From: Eledone cirrhosa
Taxonomy: Eukaryota
Reading direction: 5' to 3'
DNA: 64,000 bases
Assembly: GCA_964016885.1 (NCBI GenBank)
Contig: OZ024742.1
Location: forward strand, 355,322,001 to 355,386,000
The notes beneath the pieces were generated by a model. That model searched no databases. It worked only from the letters and a program-made list of their open reading frames with translations, and was not told the DNA's origin. The position numbers and the translations under genes are program-made. The first letter of the stretch is position 1, and the number at the start of each line of letters is the position of its first letter. Positions 57,001-64,000 of this stretch are shown here, piece by piece.

Positions 57001-57485
57001 AGTGCTACCGAGGAGCCTTGCCAGTTCGGGATAAACTCTACAGGCATGGAGGTGCCGTCAGCCGGGCATGTCCGAGATGCGCGCAGGGCGACGAAACCGT
57101 CCTGCACGCACTCGTCCAGTGTCCGAAAATTGCTGACTTGTGGGTTTATGTCGAACACCTGCTGTCGCGTTTAGGACGGATCCGGCTATCATCTGAGTCC
57201 ATCGTGAGGATTGCCCCGCCCTCCTCCTTTAGCCGGGAAGGGCAGACAGTTTTTATCTGCCTGGTGGCCATGGCGAAAGAGATAGTATGGTGGACACGTT
57301 TGAAAGGGCTGAAGACGAGCACTTACCTCTTCGGTGATGCTCTGATTGACTTTTTCAAATTTCATTTGAAAAGGAAAATCAGAGTAGAGAGGGAAGTGCT
57401 CTCTTCCCAGCATTTTGTTGAAAGATGGGTGAGAGAAGCAAGAATGGCCCGAGTGAATGGGCCTACTCTGAGCATATATCTGTAA
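54068..57485 (+). pseudogene. Tx1 ORF2 (APE endonuclease, RT, CCHC zinc finger), two frameshifts
   Basis: INARG, VAISET, YAP, GDWN, YLDR, TDH; KSPGLDG, FRPITLLN, DQSKAFD, RQGCPLS, YADD; CPRCAQGDETVLHALVQC. Confidence 0.92.
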
Positions 57486-57750
57486 ATTAAAGGTGGAAAA
57501 CTGGGAGAGGGCACTTGCCTTGGTGGTCAGGGTCATTGTGGCTTTTTACTGGGCTTTCTCCACAAATGTCCCTCCGAAGTCTACCCGCTATTGGGGAATT
57601 TTTCATTGTTATTTTTGTTACATCCTCTGTTTTTGTTTTTTACACGCAGAAATGCCCATTTGTACCGTCCTGCATTGTCCTGCACTGTCCTTAATGTCTA
57701 CTTTATGTAAACCCTTGTGGTTAATAAAGAAATCATTATTATTATTATTA

Positions 57751-57785
<35 letters not shown>

Positions 57786-57803
57786 TTGATTATTATTATT
57801 ATT

Positions 57804-60800
57804 GGCGACCTACGTAGTAAATCGTATCATCGTGAGCTCCGCAAAGGTTTGTTATTTCCGTTTGTTAAAAATTGCCATTTATGGAAAATTTTATTGTTAA
57901 CTGTTTATAAGCACACATACATTGTTTTCCGAAAAGGACACCCAAAAAGATTGGGGCCTTGTGCCCAAAATTTTAACTTTTATTATTATCCAAAAATTTC
58001 TTTGAAAAAAAATGGCTAATTCCCCTCTGCACGAAGCAGCTGAAAGCCTTCCTCACAAAATAACACCTCACACCGACACCACCATTGTAAATGTTACTAC
58101 GTTTGCCAACACAAAAAAAAATATAAGCAGTAGCAATATTTTAAATTTGTCTCAGGCAGACATTCATTTCCCGCCATTACCAATGACTGCAGGTGTTAAA
58201 CCCTCCACCGCCACCACCACCGCGACAACCACCACAACCACCACCACCACCGCGACAACAGAAACAAAAGAAGAAAAAAATAAATTAACTCGTGACGTCG
58301 AAATGAAATCAAGCAAAATGGACTCTTCCCCACCAAAGACGACTGACGTCACCACCACCACAACTGAAAATAAAATTAATATTAACGATAGCAACAACAA
58401 CAACAATGACATTATAAAACCGACCCTCAGTTTCGCCATCGTAGCAAAACAATTCGAAGCGTTCACGGTAACTCAAGAAGATTTAGAAAATGCCAAACAA
58501 ATGGTAAAGAAAGATGGGTACAGGGTCAGCCTCACCCCCCCCCCCAGCCACCCCCCACCCCCACCTAATAAAATGGAGCATCGGCGCCTGTGCACCGTGT
58601 CGTATAGAACAATAAATGTAAAATCGCGCCGAGTGGAACGGGCATCCGAGTCCCAAATCCAAAAAGCTTTAGGACATGTGTGGGCAAGAAAATCCCACAT
58701 CAGACGTGGGCAAAAGTATGGAACCGTGGATGTGTTCTTTGAAACACCAGAGGAGGCTAGAGAACACTCCATGGCTCCATTAAAAAGTGACGACTTCACA
58801 CTCGTCCCAAGCTATTGTGGACAGAGACTCGTAAAGATCAGGGTGACCCACGTTCCACCGGCCATCGAAATTCCCTGGCTAATAGCGGCTGTCATCGCCG
58901 GCATCGAGGCCAACACGAAAATAATAACAATAGCAAAAGAAAAGCAGGAAAACTGGTCCGGATCTGGGATGGAGCTCCTGATCCAAGCGGACCAAAAAAG
59001 CATTGAGGAGATCCCAGAGGTAATAGACCTCACTGACGGCAGCCACCTCACGGTAATTGTCGAGGGCAGAAGACCTAGGTGTGTCGTTTGTGGTGAAGGA
59101 ACCCACCTAAGGGCTTTCTGACCTCAGACTAAAAGGTTGAGGCCACCTCTCCTACCCACCCCAGTGACACAACCATCAACACCAGCAGTAGCAGAGATGC
59201 CAGCAACAACTGTAGCAGCAACAACAGAAGCAACTATAACAGCAACAACCCCAGCAACAGTAGCAAAACCAACACCACTACCACCACCAGCAAAACCAAC
59301 ACCACCACCACCCAACGCTTCAGAACTAGCACCAGCGCCTACACCATCCACCACACCACAACCAAAACTAACGGCTGTGGAGGATTTTCCACACCCGGCC
59401 TATCACAACTGGAGACAGATTGCGACGACGAGGAGTGGGAAACGATATCCGGAAAAAAAAAAGAAACCAAAAAAGAAAAAAATTCTCTTCCTTTCCCCTC
59501 CAAAAACAAAATACAGAGGGAAACAAATAAACTAAGAAACAAAAAAGTTAGGACAGATATGCCACCATCCACACCAGCATCACCAACCCCATCAACCCAA
59601 ACACCAACACCATCACCATCATTAACTCCAACACCACCATCACCTACACCACAAAAGTCACCAAAATTCGAAACAGAAACAAACCCACAACAAACGCAAA
59701 CAAAACAAAACAACCAAAACGATACACACTACACAGCATTAAATTTGAACAACAAGCAATTATTACACTACATCCAACACAACACCAGCATCACAGAAAA
59801 AGACTACACAACAACCCCAAAATTCACACCACCTCCACACATACAAATCACTCGCATCACACAGAAAACGTACATGACACTAAAACAAAAATTCCCCAAA
59901 GACATCGGAGACTTCCGACAAGCACTCTCCAGGAGGATTTATAAGGACATCCTTCCTGAGGAGGCCACAAGCAGTGAAAAGGATGGAAAAGCCGTCCTTC
60001 CCCTACAAGAAGTAAGGTAAGTGGTCTTTCCCATCTTTTCCACTCCTTTTCAACATGACCTCACTCAGAATAGGCAGCATACATGCGCGTGGCTTGGGGT
60101 CGTCATGGAAGCAGGGCCACCTGCTCAACGACCTCAGGTCACTAAACATAGATGTAGTGGCCATCAGCGAGACCAGAATCTCCGAAGCACAGCCTTTCGC
60201 ACCGATCTTCGGCGGCTACGATGTGTACGCATCTCCCAGCCGTCCGGGATCGGGGGAGGAGTTGCTGTGCTTTTTCGGAGAGGTTTGGATCTTGCCATAC
60301 GGGCCAACTTCCTGGACCCAGAAGGTAAGTTGGTGGTGCAGGACGTGACCAGCGGAGACGGGCAAGCTTTCAGGTTAGTGGCCGTCTATGCCCCGACAGG
60401 AGCAGGGCGGCCTGATTTCTTCCGGCGTCTGGAGACCTTTCTTGGAACGTCCCGCTCTTTAGTGTTAGTGGGCGACTGGAACGGGATCTTAGATGCACGC
60501 TGGGGTTGTGTGGGATTAGTGGATAGGGAAGGAGGGTGCAAGAGTCTCACCAACCTGCTCAGACGTTTTGAACTGTCTGACAGGTACCGAATGGATTTCC
60601 CGAATGTACCAATGTGGACTTGGACAAATCGCATAGGGTCATCCAGATCATATCTAGATAGAGTATTTTGTAGGGAAATAGATAGGTCTAGCATAGGCTG
60701 TCCACAATTCAAGATAGTCAGCTACACGGACCACAAATTCGTGATCTGTGTGCTTGACTTAGATAGGCTTCATAGACGAGGACCCAGCTACTGGAAGCTA

Positions 60801-62519
60801 AACGCGTCCTTACCTGCGCGCAAGGCCTACAGAGACCGGATTAGCGAACTAGTTAAGCGGGCGTTGACGGGGGCCATCGTCAACAACAAGTGGTGCTTTG
60901 CTCTGAAAAGAGCAATTAGAATAGAGTCCATTAGGTTTAGTAAGACTTTAGTAATAGAGAAACATAGAGCAGAGGGAGAATTAGTTAGAAAATTAGATGA
61001 GGCGCTTAGCAAAGGGTCTTTGATCAATTTAGATCAGTCGAAAGCCTTCGATAGGGTCGACCATCGTTACCTAACGGCAGTCCTGAGGGCGGCTGGCTTT
61101 GGGCCCATCTTCAGAGGCTGGATCGCTGCCATGCACAGCGACATCTGCTCTGTAGTGAGAGTGAACGGTCACCTTTCGGAACCGTTCAACATCATGCGCT
61201 CGGTCCGCCAAGGATGTCCCCTCTCGTCCCTATTGTACGTATTGACTCTCGAGCCATTACTGCACAAACTGGAGACGTTGAGGGGGGTCCCGCGCGAACT
61301 AGGATGCGGAAGATCCGTGTCAGCATATGCCGACTATGTCACCGTAGTGGTGTCGAACGCCAAACACATCGAGGCGATCGGCACTACACTAAGAGAATAC
61401 GAAGCGGTGACAGGAGCAATGATCAACCAGGAAATGTCAGTGGGCCTGCAGCTCGGCACCTGGAGAGGCAGGTCCATGCCGTCCAACAGCGTCGTCGGGC
61501 GCTGGACGGACGGACCGGTTAAATTGCTAGGGGTCTGGTTCGGTCCAGACCTCCAGACGGACAAAAACTGAGACGAGGTGACGAGCAGGGTGGCTTCTCT
61601 CACCCAGAAATGGGCCGAGAGGAAGCTATCCCTGAAAGGTCGAGCGGAGGTGGCGAATGCGTACATCGCATCCGTCATCTACTACCGCCTGACCGTCGTA
61701 CCTTGTCCTAAGCCCCGCCTGACTGCGCTGGAGCGTTTGCTCTTTCGCTTCTTGTGGAAGGGACGCGCTCCGATGGTCAGGCGGTCCATCTGCTGTCAAC
61801 ACCCGCTACGTGGAGGGCTGGGCATGCCGTGGCTGATGATGCGCAGACACGCTCTCAGGCTACGACATCTCCACCTCTTCCTCGACGGTGATCAGGTGTG
61901 GTCGCCGTTTGCAAGACACGTTTTTCCCCAGCTCGTCTCCTTGACGGAGCTGCAGTCCTGGGTCAAGCGAAGACCGAGAGGGAGCGCTTGGAGACTGGAA
62001 TGTCTTCAGGCGCTCACAGCCCTCGACCAATCGGGCAATGTGATCGGTGGAAACTCCACCTTGGCGTTCTATAGGGGATTAGTGGAGGGGAAGAGCGACG
62101 ACGTACTTGGAGAAACTCTAGGCGTCGACGAAAATCAACTAGCCAATCTCTTCGGAAGAACTTTCGGGCCGGGGCCTATGGACAACTTCCAGAAATCCCT
62201 GGCCTGGCAGTGCTACCGAGGAGCTTTGCCAGTTCGGGATAAACTCTACAGGCATGGAGGTGCCGTCAGCCGGGCATGTCCGAGATGCGCGCAGGGCGAC
62301 GAAACCGTCCTGCACGCACTCGTCCAGTGTCCGAGCATTGCTGACTTGTGGGTTTATGTCGAACACCTGCTGTCACGTGTAGGACGGATCCAGCTATCAG
62401 CTGAGTCCATCGTGAGGATTGCCCCGCCCCCTTCCTTTAGCCTGGAAGGGCGGGCAGTTTTTATCTGTCTGGTGGCCATGGAGAAAGAGATAGTATGGTG
62501 GACACGTTTGAAAGGGCTG
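57804..62519 (+). mobile_element. Tx1 copy 3 (ORF1 58012-60020; ORF2 with internal deletion; 3' end interrupted)
   Basis: Starts GGCGACCTA after (ATT)n. ORF1 of the copy-1 type. APE joined directly to GSLINLDQSKAFD at ~61015. Confidence 0.92.
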
Positions 62520-64000
62520 TTTTCCACTCCTCGACCTATCGCAACTGGAGACAGATTGTGACGACGAGGAGTGGGAAACTGTATCAGGAGAAAAGTAAAA
62601 AAAGAAAAAGCAGTCAAAAAAGAAAAAATCCGCTTCCCTCCACCTCCAAAAACAAAATACAGAGGGAAACAAAAAAACTATCAAACAAAAAAGTTAGGAC
62701 AGCTATGCCGCCATCTACACCTGCATCACCAACCCCATCACCACAAACACCAACACCAACGCCATCATTAACCCCAACACCACCATCACCAACACCAAAA
62801 AAGTCACCAAAAAGCGACCCAAAAACAAATCCACAACAAACGCAAACAAAACAAAACAACCAAAACGATACAGATTACACAGCATTAATTTTGAACAACA
62901 ACCAATTATTACACTACATCCAACACAACACCAGCATCACAGAAAAATACTACACAACAACCCAAAAGTTCACACCACCTCCACACATACAAATCACTCG
63001 CATCATACAGACAATGTACACGACACTGAAACAAAAATTCCCCAAAGACATCGGAGACTTGCGACAAGCACTCTCCAGGAGGATTTATAAGAACATCCTT
63101 CCGGAGGAGGCCACAAGCTGTGAAAAGGATGGAGAAACTGTCTTTCCTCTAGAAGTAAGGTAAATGGTCTTTCCCATCTGTTCCACTCTATTTCAACATG
63201 ACCTCACTCAGAATAGGCAGCATAAAGGCGCGTGGCTTGGGGTCGTTATAGAAGCAGGGTCACCTGCTCAACGACCTCAGGTCACTAAATATAGATGTAG
63301 TGGCCATCAGCGAGACCTGAATCTCCGAAGCACGGGCCTTCGCACCGATCTTAGGCGGCTACGATGTGTACGCATCTCCCAGCTGTCCTGGATCGGGGGT
63401 AGGAGTTTCTGTGCTTTTTCGGAGAGGTTTGGATCTCGCCATACAGGCCATCTTCCTGGATCCAGAATGTAAGTTGGTGGTGCTGGACGTGACCAGCGGA
63501 GACGGGCAAGCTTTCAGGCTGTGGCCGTCTATGCCCCGACAGGAGCAGGGCGGCCTGATTTCTTCCGGCGTCTGGAGACCTTTCTTGGAACGTCCCGCTC
63601 CTTAGTGTTAGTGGGCGACTGGAAGGGGATCTTAGATGCACGCTGGGACTGTATGGGATTAGCGGATAGGGGAGGAGGGTGCACGAGCCTCACCAACCTG
63701 CTCAGGCGTTTTGAACTGTCTGACAAGTACCGATTGGATTTCCCGAATGTGCCAATGTAGACTTGGACAAATCGCATAGTTTCATCCAGATCATATCTAG
63801 ATAGAGTATTTTGTAGGGAAATAGATAGGTCTAGCATAGGTTGTCCACAATTCAAGATAGTCAGCTACATGGACCACAAATTCGTGATCTGTGTGCTTGA
63901 CTTAGATAGGCCTCATAGAGGAGGACCCGGCTACTAGAAGCTAAACGCGTCTTTACACGCGCACAAGGCCTACAGAGACCGGATTAGCGAACTAGTTAAG
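62520..64000 (+). mobile_element. Tx1 copy 4, starting mid-ORF1 and running off the window
   Basis: From 62520 the sequence matches copy 1 from ~22012. ORF1 tail ends at 63163, followed by decayed APE. Confidence 0.9.

Larger units (their letters stand above)
51726..57734 (+). mobile_element. Tx1/L1-group retrotransposon, copy 2, full length, with a different 5' UTR/ORF1
   Basis: Two-ORF layout, (ATT)n flanks, ends AATAAAGAAATC. Confidence 0.93.

Overview
Eukaryotic, AT-rich, microsatellite-dense DNA. The abundant tRNA-derived SINE resembles octopus SINEs, so a cephalopod source is inferred but not proven. No host protein-coding exon could be supported; nearly all interpretable sequence is mobile-element derived. 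(1) From about 16.6-27.2 kb and 34.9-64 kb there is a dense array of non-LTR retrotransposons separated by (ATT/TTA)n tracts. R4/Dong-type RT+RLE elements (three families) lie on the minus strand and Tx1/L1-type APE+RT elements on the plus strand. A tRNA-derived SINE has a 3' tail matching a Tx1-like 3' end. One Dong copy has a twin-priming-like 5' inversion, the Dong copies are mosaic, the Tx1 copies carry different ORF1/5' modules, and the Dong and Tx1 5' UTRs appear to share sequence. (2) Several Penelope-derived, often palindromic elements sit in (TA)n tracts and carry type I hammerhead ribozyme motifs; about six are well formed and two lie next to GIY-YIG remnants. (3) Other relics are a non-autonomous Helitron with both ends, Tigger/pogo, RTE and RLE fragments, MITE-like inverted repeats, and a possible promoter at the window start.
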